Of a stretch of 64,000 nucleotides of DNA, positions 50,301-61,693 are shown in pieces. The stretch's first letter is position 1. Each line of letters starts with the position of its first letter. The notes beneath the pieces are model-generated. The model did not search any database. It was not told the DNA's origin and worked only from the letters and a program-made list of their open reading frames with translations. Both the position numbers and the translations under genes were made by a program. The DNA is taken from NCBI GenBank assembly GCA_002633005.1, contig NMRA01000833.1, forward strand, positions 1 through 64,000, written 5' to 3'. The stretch comes from Phoronis australis. Taxonomy: Eukaryota > Animalia > Phoronida.

Positions 50301-53300
50301 GCTGTGTCAGCCACGCTTTTTACAAGGTGTAAAATAGTTATACAAACATAGGTTTTTCTGCCTTTGCATCCGATAGTTGAATCCACCATGAACAATACAA
50401 TGCACTACAACGTAACTAAACACAATGTTACAACTCTAAAAAGCCAACAACACCAGGCAGTTCTAAAAATACAGAATAGTGACAGGGGAGCGTTGACACA
50501 CTGTCATCACAGAATGCAATAGCGGCAAATGCAATGTCGAGTTCTTGGGGATGTCGTTCACAGTTGCTAACGTGTCATTAGAATCATAAACTAGAACACG
50601 GAATTTCCAATGAGCTGCTGGAGTTGATTGTGATGACGTAATTAGTGGCTGGACAGGAATGGGGGTTCATATCAAGAGGAAGGGTGATGACAAAGAAGGA
50701 GGGAATAAAAGGAGGGAAATTTTGGATGATTTGATGTGTGAACGCACCCCAACAGCAATAAACTGTTAAAGTAAAACAACTTATAAAAGAACACAAACCG
50801 AGATCATGATGCTGTGACCAACTACACTGTCTGACTGAATAACTATTGCATTATCCTGTATTGGTTAAGAACTAATTAATCGTCTTCCAAATATCGTATG
50901 TAGCCGATGGTTGCATGTGCTGACGAAGAAGTCTTTGATAACAGTTTCTCTAGTACATGTTGTTAATTGAGAGTTATTTCAAATACATGTAGTTCTAACA
51001 TTTAGATGTGACGACGGTACCCTGCGAATCTGGAGGCCAAAGTTGCCCAGAGAATGCTGGTTGCAATATCAACTCAAAAATGTGTGTTTGCAAGGCGGGA
51101 TATGTCGTGTTCCACGACGAATGCACAGGTAAGTGAATAGCGACTAAGAATGATGGTGTGAACTGTCGGTACTGAGAATGCGTAATTCTGTGCTAAAATG
51201 TGTTTCAAGGCAATCGTACACTTTAATTACCAAAGCTGTTGCAATTTAATATAGCTGCCATATTTTGTTTAACTTATTGCAGAGGTTTGGACGTTACCAT
51301 GTGAGCTGGGAGGGATGAAATGTCCGGTGTCTTCAGTGTGCAATACGACTCGGAAGCAATGCAAGTGTAAAGCTGGATATATCAGATACAATGGGACGTG
51401 TACGCGTACGTGATCCTGTTAGTGTATTCGGTTAAGAGGAATGATTTACTTTCTAAAGAGTGAAAAGTTGACAATAAGCGTAGACAAATCATCTGAATCC
51501 TACTGTTGCAATATTGTATTTGAATATGGTCACCACTACGGTGTGGTCAACTAAAAACAAAAGACGAGTTCCTACTTTGGAAATGGTGTCATTACAAAGT
51601 GCGGTAATTCCTCAGTTAGTATATGTAAGTGTGCGTCTTTCCATGTTATTTGAAACACAACACTTATACTTTCTGCGGTCTCAATCAATGAGACTAGGCC
51701 TAAGTGTTCCTAGTTTCCACCACTTGCAACAACATTATGTTTGGTTATGAGGCACTGTGTCGTTTGGGAGATTCGAGTGACTGTGAATTACGCATGCAAC
51801 ACGAAATTAGCGCAGACCTACCGATTTTAACGTCTTTCAGATGAATCGACGGTTCCATGTGAGACGGGTGGATTGAAATGCTCTTCATCAAAAGTATGTA
51901 ACACAAAAACAAGGACATGTGACTGTAAACCCGGATATATAATACATAAAGGCAAATGTGAAGGTAAGCCAAGCTAAAGGCAAGTAACAGCTCGAAGTAA
52001 CTTGCAAGTTATAAATACGGCTGCAGAATGAATCGATGAGTACCAATATTTACGGCTGTGCTTTACCTTTAGCATAATTAAGAGCCTGTAAATCACCCTT
52101 TAAGATCCAGTTACTCAGTAAATACCAAGGGAATCTAGTTTGTTTCAATGGAGACTGCAACCGTCGAATGTGAAACGTTGCCGGAAGCCCGAAATCGGCA
52201 TGTCGGTTCTGATTTACGAATGTATTAATGGTCGAGGACGACTGGACCAAACGTTCCCAGACAGCAAGCAAATGCATTTGTACAGATTTGTAGCAAAGCC
52301 GAGCCTTATGCCCCTCTAAATCCACACCTTGCAAGTTGTATTTTAGGTTGTATTTTGGCAAGTATGAAATAATGACATAGAAAAAGCATTGGATGCAGAA
52401 CACTAAACTAGGGCCGTCCCAGATTACACCGCAATAGAACTCTCATTTGTCATGGAGTTAAGAAAGCGCGTTGTTCTCATTGCCCGAACTAACATCACGC
52501 ATCAACGGGTGTTTGTCAACTTTATTCAAGCGTCTCCCTGTCGGAGGTGCAGTCCAAAACACTACTGTAATATTTCGTTGACGTTGTAAGGACGGATAGG
52601 GTAATGCAGCTGGGAAAAAACTGCGAGGAATACAACAACAAATCTCAAGAGGAAATCCAAAGGCGCAAAAACGAGGCTACAAAAGTGCTTGGCGAAAATT
52701 GCGATACTGTGGTAAATAACGTGACATTCGATTCTCGTTGTGTAATAAGGGACAGTCCTCTTACAATAAAGTATTTTTGAGCAAAATTGTGTCCGATTGT
52801 AGTTTCATGATGGTGTTTGTGAAAACACTTACGAGGGATATGCTTGAATGCAACCGGGACGTTCCCATGGTGCGCTTCCGGGTGCAATGCATGTCTATGT
52901 CGAAATATGTACATTATCAGTCGTGATTAATACATCAATGGATTTTTTAGACATATGGGTTGTACCATGCAGCTCTGGAGGAAGGAAGTGTCCAGTAAAT
53001 GAAGTTTGCAACACCACAAGTAAAGAATGCAAGTGTAGAGTGGGTTATCTGAAATACAAGGGCAAGTGTGAACGTAAGTGAGGTTGTAACTTGTAGGGTA
53101 GCTGTTTTGTCATACTGCGAGAAAACAGTATCTATATTGTTTTTCGCCTTTTCCAGGGTATACTTTCCATGGCCGATTCTCTGAACTATAGCTTTGAAAC
53201 AAATCCTTGGGTCGGTAAATACTAATTAAAGCCAGCGGCACCAACTCAACACCGGTGCCCCGAAACTCCGAAAACCCACCGGAAATACTCCATGCCCCTT

Positions 53301-56300
53301 GAAATCATGCCCCGGAGAAATCAAGTTTCAGAACCTGGACTTGTTTTCCAGAGATAGTCCAGTTTGTTGCCGAACTCACTCCGACCTTCGAGGTCTGACA
53401 GTTCAGCCGCGATGGTAACTGACTCAAATAAAACCAATTTCATATAAGAAATTTGCATCCACGGTTAAGTGACCTCTTTCGGTGATTCTATCCAAATTGG
53501 TTATGAATCTTGCTTTGTTACCACAACACGTTTCTGTCACCAGGGAAATGAAACAATCAGTCGGAAAAAACACATTGAATGCCTTGGTCACATATAGGTC
53601 AACGACCGGCTGATACCATCCCGATATTTCAACACGATGTTGATTATGATCTGTATTATCAGGAAGAGATAACCAGGAAGGGACAACTAGCTAAACCGCC
53701 GTTTTCGGCCTCCTTCCCCGGTCTAATTTCAGGACTTAAGTTTCGTTTAAAAGGAAACAGATGATTTTATCAGAGAGATTAAAGCTTTTTCTATACAAGG
53801 ATATCAAAAAAATCACTTTGCAACCTTAAACAGTGGTGTAATTGTACTTTAAAAATATCGACTTCAGAGCACTCAATCGCAACTTCCCACACGCAGTCAC
53901 GGGTATTTAAGCTTTTCCGTCGATGTATAGATGGCGCAGTAGTCAAGTACTCCCTCATTTGCATATCAAATTTGCATGTGGGAGTTCTGAGACTCTCGTC
54001 AGTTGTTGGTCGAGCGCTTGAGTGGATAAAGCGGTGACCTCCCACTGAGAGCACGCGCTGATGAAGATACCACTCGATCGCTTCGCAATCAGGAGGTGAA
54101 AACACTCTCATGACCGCAGTTCTGAATTCCAGCTAAGCAAGCCCTATTTCGAGGAGCGGACTTTGAATTGTTTTCGTCCCCTGACAGTGGATTGCAGAGA
54201 TTAGAATGAGGTCAACATCAAACTTTCTGCGGCTACATGTCGTGTTGACAAAAGTTTGAAGTGTCAGAACCATAGACGGAGCGTGCGGGATGTCATGATT
54301 CCTGTTCTTCAGTTGACGAAAACATTGCTATTGGCATAAAGAATGGCCGTGGGAAATTAATTTTGAGGTGGACACCTGTATCCAAGAATAAATATTAATA
54401 CTCTGTAATATCTCATCCTCCGCGTTTCGTTTCTTTTGACGCTGTTTGAGGTTGCGGTATCGTGAAACAACACTGTCGGGTGAGAGAAGTTGCACCGAAT
54501 AATTGGAATTGGCTGCAGTTCTTCCTTTAGAATGCCCGGACTCAACTGTGTCGTTTTCTTGGCAAGTCTCTTGCCTGCCGAAATTTTTCTGAGCATTGAA
54601 GACATCGGCCTTCTCTTGCGCCAATCAACCTTTTATCTGCTCAGGCTACAAAAATGTTATGCCTAATTTTCTACCATTTTAGCACACTTTGTGGTTCTGC
54701 TACAGTTAGCACTGCCATAATCGTATTTCTTAATTCCGCCACAGTATGCATACTTGGAAGTTAGTTTTGCTAGGTGTTGTTCATCATTAAATGCCTCAAA
54801 TTCCTTGACGCCATGGACATTTCCGTCAACACAAAACGCACCCTTGCCATTCTTAAAAATTCGTATATATGTGCTATAATTGCTTCAAAGGACCGGCAGT
54901 AACCGTGGCTGGAATGTCGGTAGCTTCGCGACTAAGTATACAACTAACTCCTGTTGAAATTCCCCATACTTCAAAATTCTTGTTTGCAGGTGCTGGTAAT
55001 TGTCTTCAATGGTTTTATAATAAGAGACTAGAAATGCGAGTTGTCACTGCTTTACATTTTCACTGGCCACCTTGCTACATTCGACTTGCGCAATAGCCGA
55101 ATTAGTGTCCACATTTGTGGTCACGTGCCGGATACAGGCCCATGAGACAAGTTGCAGCAACAAATTCAGTACGAATCTATAAACCCTTTTACACGCACAA
55201 TTAAAGGTGAAAGCTTCCTTTTTTCATGTCACTTTTAGTACAAATAAGGTTCGTTGATTATCCCAGACACATTTTTCACTTAATTGCAACTTTTCGTAAT
55301 TTGATTAATTTCTCGTCATCTACTCCGGAAGTGACGTTTGGGGAGGCAAGAGTTTCGCGCCAATTTCTTTTCATTATAGTCTGACTGTGAGAGCTGTCGA
55401 GTGAGTCATTGTTCTACCTCGGTTGTGATCAGTTCGGTCGTCGTTTGCTTTTGTTTACAAGTCAGTCAACATGCCACGTCTCACACGCGCTTTGGGTACC
55501 TTGCGTCGCTTTCCGAAGGATGACACACTTCGCGTACTTGGCTAGCTCGTTCATGAGAAGAACGCAGAGTTACCCGTCCACGCAACGTACAAAGCAGTGG
55601 AGGGTTACCGAGTGTGTGGCAAGCATTGTCTGCCGTCAGATTATGACAGATATGCACGCTGAATTGATGAAGGTCCCTGCAAAACAACGCCTTAAGAAGG
55701 GTACCATACCGTCGCTGTCGATTCCCGGCAGTGCCCCGTCGCCAACCCCGAGAAGTGCGTTTTTGAAGCGAGAAGCCTTGGGAGCTGTGGCCACTATATA
55801 CACTGACTGGAGGCACTTCATCTGCTGTCACCCGTGCCTCCGAACGTACCCCATTGCGTGCAATTTCGGAAACTAGCAGTGATTCGCCCTGTGCTGTTGT
55901 CTCTGAGCCCAGAGCCTGTAAGCAGTCCTGCAGCGATGTTGAGTAGTGGGAGTGAATACAGGCCCAGTTCGACACCCAGTGAAGAGGACAGTTCGTCATC
56001 CAATGAACAGATCGGTGAGCCTAAGTTTGATAAGTTTATTGTGGACTTGTATTGGAGCTATTTGGAAGGTGCCAGGTGTGTGGCGAGGGAGTCACACGGC
56101 GGGATGCAAGCAACTTGGGTGCTCAGATCACTCTTCAGTGGGAGTGTGTCGCGGGACACTCAGGCAAGTGGGACAGTTCTTACTCTGTACGTGAGACAAT
56201 AATGAGTACACCCCAGTACGCAGCAACAGCGTGGCATGTTGACTGACTCCTAAGCAAAAGCAAACGACGACCGAACTTATCACAACCGAGGTAGAACAAT

Positions 56301-59300
56301 GACTGACTCGACTGCTCTCAGTCAGACTATATGAAAAGAAATTGGCGCGAAATTCTTGCCTCCCAAAACGTCACTTCCGGAGTAGACAACGAGTAATCAA
56401 TTAAATTACGAAAAGCAGTAAATAAGTGAAAAATATGTCTGGGATAATCAACGAACCTTATTTTTGCTAAAAATGACATGAAAAAGGTTGCCTTCGCCTT
56501 TAAACGCGCAAAACTGATACTGTATTTCTTAAACCTTTAATTTAATGCTCAAGCTATACAACGAATGCGTGTTGAAACACAACATTGACCTTGGACCAAC
56601 GATGGACTCCTTGCATCAGGACCTTAGTAAGCGGGGAGAGGGCGAGTGCCACCCCAAAAAAATTGCATGCCTCAGGGTCAAACCATGGCAACTGACAAAG
56701 GTGTGGGGCTGGGGAAAGACAAAAAAGAAAGACTTCGAATACTGATCAGAGCGAAAATTCAAGAGAACATTGACAACTCGGTTTCAGTGTATGGCTTACC
56801 ATTTGAGGGCCCTGGCCAGGACAATTGTTGGGTCTCCGTTTTTGCAGCATAGGTCGTCTAAGTGCCCTTGAAAATGTGCACTTAATCATTCATACATGTA
56901 TTTCGAAAATTCGAGAAAATTTGTAAAGCAAAAGTTTTTCGGAGCGTATTAATTCAGTCCAAGTTTTCCAGTGGTCCATAGGCGGTGCACTACAGGGGGG
57001 CTGAGGGGGCTTTAGCCCTCACTTTTTTCAGTACTGCGCCTTCTGTAAACCTCCGGCATGACACTACCAACTACTCATGAGGGGAAGTTGAGATTCCAAA
57101 TTCATCAAAAACACAAAACATTCGTGCACAGCACAGAAGCTGTCTTGTAAGAAATGGCGATGCGTCACTGAACTTAGTTGAAGCCTGAAGGCAAAAATTC
57201 GATCCATCATCTGACCACCATATCGCAAAGAAGGACCCTAAACGATAACAGGGGTATTTCTTGAATGTGGGGCAGCTCTAAATGCTTTATTGAATTAAAA
57301 ACTAGACTAATGAAATTCAAAAATTTACAAACCGTAGATCAAAAAAGAAGTTCAAGTCATTGCTCATAAATTTGGAAAGATTGTCTTTGCACTTCCTTGA
57401 TGCTTGTAGTTCCCAGTATTGTGCAATGAATTTAGGTTCTTCTAGACCGAATCGTTTGCTTGCCATTCCCGTGCACACTGCAAAGGCTGGACACGTTGTG
57501 ACTCAGTGGCGCACCCACGTTAAAAATAAGGTGTAGTCATGCAGTAGAATCCGCGCACAGTGATTGACGGGAAAAGAACTTGAACTGCACTGAGGGGTTG
57601 AAGTGTGTGCATTTTTTGGGACACGCGTTCATTTTCCCAGCCGCCCTGCAGAAGCTGGACCAGTGGCCGTGTTTCAACAAGGAATTTTGATACAGCTCTA
57701 TAGGCCAAGGATTTCGGGATCATATCTTTCCAAAAAATCTTCAGGAAATGACCGTATTAAAATGAACTTTTCCCGAAACTGGGTCAAAAAACGACCTTGG
57801 AGCCAGAACACGGGTATAGGTTCGAGTTAAGCCGCACGTCTCGAATGAATCATAGCGGAACTGACCAGCGACTAGCATTAGTTCGTCGAATTGCGCATGA
57901 ATCATAGCAGAGCTGACCAGCGACTAGCATTTAGTTCGTCGAATTGCGCATGAATCATAGCAGAGCTGACCAGCGACTAGCATTAGTTCGTCGAATTGCG
58001 CATGCATGGATCAGACTTCCCGGCGACGCCACGACACCGGCCACCGTGGCGGGAGCAGCTAATTTCTTGACTAACACCTGCTTCTAAATCTGGATTTAAG
58101 CAAAATGACGAAGTCCACGCATACACACATGCAAACGTATCCAAATACAATTAAATGTATTTTCATGTGAAACCATTCAATGTTCTTTGAACATTGACTT
58201 GTATGAGTTCTTAATTTTCTTAGATCTGCCCAATCAGATAGAACTGCGTTTCAAGTCATTCACTATAGGCACTCGAGGGTTCAAATTGGAAGCTCGCGCC
58301 GTATGACGTCGTATGACGTAGACGATGCGAGCCTCATTTGCATACATCAGTGACATCTGTTGGTTCAAAAAAGAGGATCATGCCCGAGTACATGCCTGGG
58401 AAGAGGCATCTTTTGGAAGGGTAAAACAAGTCATGTTCAAAGCATCCCAGTGCCATTAACATGAAGTCTTTGGGGACAAAAGTGGTGTCATTTTATAGCT
58501 AAAGAGTTAAGCTTTCAAACACAATGCTTGGATTTCAGACTACTTTAACATTTACTTTTGAAATCACCTTTGAAAATACGTTAAAATGCACTAAAACAGT
58601 TGTCCCTTCCTGGTTATCTCTTCCTGGTATTATGCAGAAGCCTCAAAACCAGACCAGAATTGCATACCTTGTTATTGTTCTTGACTGCGGTATTAATACA
58701 CTCTTTATGCACCGAAATAAACCATTGTGGTACGTACATCCATACCAAACAAAAATGCGCTCATACGCTTCTTGCGTGAAGATGGCCCGACATCAAAACA
58801 ATGCAATGACCCAGACTCTCACTAGAACAAATATTCGGCCGGTGTGTTACAAATATTTCCTATGTTGTTGTTATCAAATACCTTTGTATGAGACTTGTTG
58901 GAAATTCACGTTTTCAAGCAAATAATTAACATTTTGGGTCAATGTTTCTACTGATTCGTAGTGCGAACACTGTTTTTATCTCAAAAGTTGTCATGGAAGT
59001 AGGTTAGGTAATGAGTTCTCTAAACTTTGACAAACAGTCGCTCCAAAAATAGCGTCAAATCTGCTCATATCAACGATATTTACGATTTAGTAACTCACTT
59101 CTCACCAACCGTCCTGCTCGACAGCATCGCGTTCTATACATTAACAATCTAGACGATTCGTGCGTACTGACCCAAGGGCCAAGCGACAACCTTGATTAAT
59201 TCAATCCGTCAATTGCCCTTTTAGAGTTCCTCAAACAACACACAACACTTCTAGCCCACTAGCCAAAGTTCGACTCGCGTTCATCAACATCACGCGTGAA

Positions 59301-61614
59301 TAGGAATGCCTTCGCCTTTGTCTGGGTCTGATTTCAGCCTCGTCTTGAGCTTCGTTTACTGAGATTTCGCTAAACGCAGGGATGCGTTATGATACCATTA
59401 CTTGTTTTACGAATACTATTTGAAGCGCCCGGCTTTTCCAATATCTTAATTCACAAGTGTCTGCTCGTGTTTCAGCCGAGTCAATGGTTCCGTGCGAGTC
59501 GGGTGGATTGAAATGCCCTTCACTTAAGGTGTGCAATTCTAAAGCCAGGACATGCGACTGTATATCGGGTTACGTGATTTACAATGGCACATGTAAAGGT
59601 AAGCCAAGGCAGTCAATGCTTAGCATGGACACAGGTGTAAATATCTTGGTTACATTCAATTAAATGTGAAAACAAAATGTACAGATGCATCATAAATCCG
59701 TCTGAACTAGGTATCGGCACATTTAAACTCGGAAGACACTGTACCCGTGAAGACCGTGTGCAAACTCGGTGCTTCTGTGAAAGAAAGGCCCTACGTCCGA
59801 TGGTGTGGGGCAAGCAATTTTTGCGTTTCTATTTTCAGCTTTTTTAGGTGTTTATTATGAAATATTCAGTTTAATAAGTATACATGCCCAGAAAGTACCA
59901 AGAAGCATTGTATCTGGGTTGAATAAACGCAAAGAAATCTTTATACAATTAAACAAATATATTAATTAAAAAAACTATTGTTAAGATTACAATTACAAAC
60001 AATTACGAATATAAATAAACCATTGTCATACACAATAACTTATTTTACATGTATACAGTCTTATCGACTCACACGAAGAAATTTAATATTAAAACGAAAT
60101 TTTGATACAACATGTATTTCGAATAAAACCTTATTTTCATTAAGGTCGAGTTCTGTACAGCCATTTAGAAAAAATGTAATATATTTCAGGAAGATCTGAA
60201 TATTTTTTGTAAACATTGGGGTATTGTTTGAGTGTCTGGAAAAACTTTACCCTCTGCACCGCCCATACCGCACAAGCAAAGAAAACATGAGCAATTGTCT
60301 GAGTGTCTCCATAGGAACGCAGATGTGAAATATCATTAAAATTATGTCTAAATTTGTCGTTGTATAGCAATAGTCTTGTTCTGGCTCACTAATTTCATGT
60401 TCTTACCGGGAATTTCCGGAGATAAGACCACCCGATGAAACGCCCATGGGCGTTTATTTGGTGATACAACTTCTGGTGTCAGGTGTCCACATAGTGAGGC
60501 GTTTCTCCTGCAAATTTCTTCATAAAAACCCTCTCAGAGGCAGTCAACTTTTAGTAACAAATTCAGTTTGTAGAGCATTTATTATATCTTAAAACGAACA
60601 AAGTGTTCCCGGACTATGCTTCTTGGACTATGCATTTCTTAACATAGAATTTAAAAACAGTTTTAAGTAAAACATGTCAAAAACAGGAAACCCATTAATG
60701 AATACTATAAATTTTCGTTTACACGCCCCTGTTTTTAGAATAAACGTCCAGGAGTTTATTTAGTGTTACTAAATCGCCTAGAATTTTTCATTTTCCTACT
60801 ACACGCCAATGGGCTTATCTACGGAAAATCTTGGTATTCGTTGCAGACTGGCGCGTGCATTGTTATTTTCCCCTCAAGACTTTGAGCGGGTAACATTGTC
60901 AAATTGGAAATGACACCACCGTCGACTTCCTTGCGGGCCTTTTTCTACTGCAGAACAATATAAGCCAGTGATTCACGTATCTTAATACATGTAACAATGC
61001 CAAGATATGGTGTTTTTTGTTTTGTAGCTGTGGTTAAAGTTGATTAGATTACGGATTCCATCCAACTCAACAATAATCCAAGACTTTTAAACATTCTGAT
61101 TTCTGTTAAAGGTGAACCGTTTTTACTGGGTCACCTCATTAAAAACGTTTCTCACAACATCCAATATTTGTCATAAGAACTGTCCAACTCTAAGTTTTAA
61201 TTTTAAAACAAATCATTTAAGTATACAACATCCAAACCTTTTGCACAAAAATCGGATGTGGGCGGCAGTGTTACCCGCTTTCTACTGCTACAGTACATGT
61301 GTTGTTCTTAATGTTGACCTTACGTGTGCAAGATCTGTGTCAAATTCAGCGTCGTGTTCATGAATGACGAAGAGCTTGGTTTAAACTAGTGCCCAAAACG
61401 TTTTCTTACAAATCAGCAAGTCTTCTAAACGGATGAGAACGTCCGCAATAGGTCATCCATCAGTTTTCACAAAACATGATGTACTTCGCAGATATATGGA
61501 TTGTTCCGTGTGAGTTTGGAGGAAGAAATTGTCCAGTAAACGGAGTTTGTAACACCACAAGGAAAGAATGCCGATGCTTGGAGGGTTATGTGAAATACAA
61601 AGGAAACTGTGAAC
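35257..61614 (+). CDS. Gene B span (continues past window): module + 5 EGF/cbEGF + at least 9 modules; paralog of gene A
   Basis: 15 phase-1/phase-1 exons with canonical splice sites forming one open frame with no stop. Confidence 0.82.
36388..36522 (+). CDS. Gene B cbEGF exon B2
   Basis: aaag|...|gtgaga; [45 protein letters not shown]. Confidence 0.88.
37131..37292 (+). mobile_element. Short GC-rich MITE (aggggtgcatccagg...taaatgcgccactg)
   Basis: Imperfect TIRs and G/C-run subterminal motifs resembling the 1425 element. Confidence 0.5.
37293..37361 (-). mobile_element. tRNA-derived SINE head or tRNA pseudogene
   Basis: Minus strand gtgtgacttagtttgatagg...gaggtcgtGGGTTCGAGTCCcactgg carries a B box and a weak A box; stems imperfect. 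Confidence 0.5.
38422..38541 (+). CDS. Gene B EGF exon B3
   Basis: tgcag|...|gtaaat; [40 protein letters not shown] (GYxGDGxxC EGF_3-type). Confidence 0.88.
38591..38712. repeat. Tandem repeat, ~2.5 x 48 bp
   Basis: act(t/a)aatgttccatcagatgaagctt.tccttgaa repeated. Confidence 0.8.
39799..39918 (+). CDS. Gene B cbEGF exon B4
   Basis: aacag|...|gtaagg; [40 protein letters not shown]. Confidence 0.9.
39903..40309 (+). repeat. Minisatellite, 11 x 38 bp, whose unit spans the exon B4 splice donor
   Basis: ggtagagagtgtttag|gtaaggagtttacacatgcact at 39903, 39941, ... 40283. Confidence 0.95.
41325..41444 (+). CDS. Gene B cbEGF exon B5
   Basis: ttaag|...|gtaata; [40 protein letters not shown]. Confidence 0.9.
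41564..41698 (+). CDS. Gene B cbEGF exon B6
   Basis: tccag|...|gtaagg; [45 protein letters not shown]. Confidence 0.9.
42201..42633 (+). mobile_element. Tc1/mariner(pogo)-like MITE
   Basis: TIRs ccgggagtttc...ggaaaatcccgg|ta; inverted relative at 60406-60834. Confidence 0.65.
42723..42842 (+). CDS. Gene B module exon B7
   Basis: tgcag|...|gtaggt, 120 nt; [40 protein letters not shown]. Confidence 0.88.
45465..45587 (+). CDS. Gene B module exon B8
   Basis: tttag|...|gtaagc, 123 nt; [41 protein letters not shown]. Confidence 0.9.
46262..48109 (+). mobile_element. Kolobok, second copy of the 31163 family in opposite orientation
   Basis: TTAA|AGGAGAATGCC ... GGCATTCTCC|TTAA; THAP CCYIAV..CPN...[10 protein letters not shown]...HLRVCGRHF with a stop; KolX start [10 protein letters not shown] on -. 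Confidence 0.88.
48257..48379 (+). CDS. Gene B module exon B9
   Basis: tttag|...|gtaagt, 123 nt; [41 protein letters not shown]. Confidence 0.9.
51006..51128 (+). CDS. Gene B module exon B10
   Basis: tttag|...|gtaagt, 123 nt; [41 protein letters not shown]. Confidence 0.9.
51283..51405 (+). CDS. Gene B module exon B11
   Basis: tgcag|...|gtacgt, 123 nt; [41 protein letters not shown]. Confidence 0.88.
51841..51963 (+). CDS. Gene B module exon B12
   Basis: ttcag|...|gtaagc, 123 nt; [41 protein letters not shown]. Confidence 0.9.
52951..53073 (+). CDS. Gene B module exon B13
   Basis: tttag|...|gtaagt, 123 nt; [41 protein letters not shown]. Confidence 0.9.
55205..56499 (+). mobile_element. 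Kolobok-type element with ~270-bp inverted ends; THAP/transposase remnant
   Basis: TTAA|AGG...CCT|TTAA; FPKD...[10 protein letters not shown] and [10 protein letters not shown]...[13 protein letters not shown] fragments. Confidence 0.85.
57846..58002. repeat. Tandem repeat, 3 x 52-53 bp
   Basis: atgaatcatagc.ga.ctgaccagcgactagcattagttcgtcgaattgcgc. Confidence 0.9.
59476..59598 (+). CDS. Gene B module exon B14
   Basis: ttcag|...|gtaagc, 123 nt; [41 protein letters not shown]. Confidence 0.9.
60406..60834 (-). mobile_element. MITE related to 42201-42633, inverted
   Basis: ta|ccgggaatttccggagataag...cttatctacggaaaatcttgg|ta; shared cgcccatgggc and gccaatgggc blocks. Confidence 0.65.
61492..61614 (+). 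CDS. Gene B module exon B15
   Basis: cgcag|...|gtaagt, 123 nt; [41 protein letters not shown]. Confidence 0.9.
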
Positions 61615-61693
61615 GTAAGTGAGAGACAATTCTACCGCCAGGTATCGACCGCTTATTCGGACACGATGAAATAGTCGCCTTGTTACTAGATGG

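Noticed and set aside
56977-57830. Possible hAT-like remnant starting cataggcggtgc
   Set aside because: No matching second end, TSD or clear transposase motif identified
366-61614. Dscam-like mutually exclusive splicing
   Set aside because: No docking or selector elements seen; introns are long enough for consecutive splicing, and the paired periodicity fits a concatenated array better
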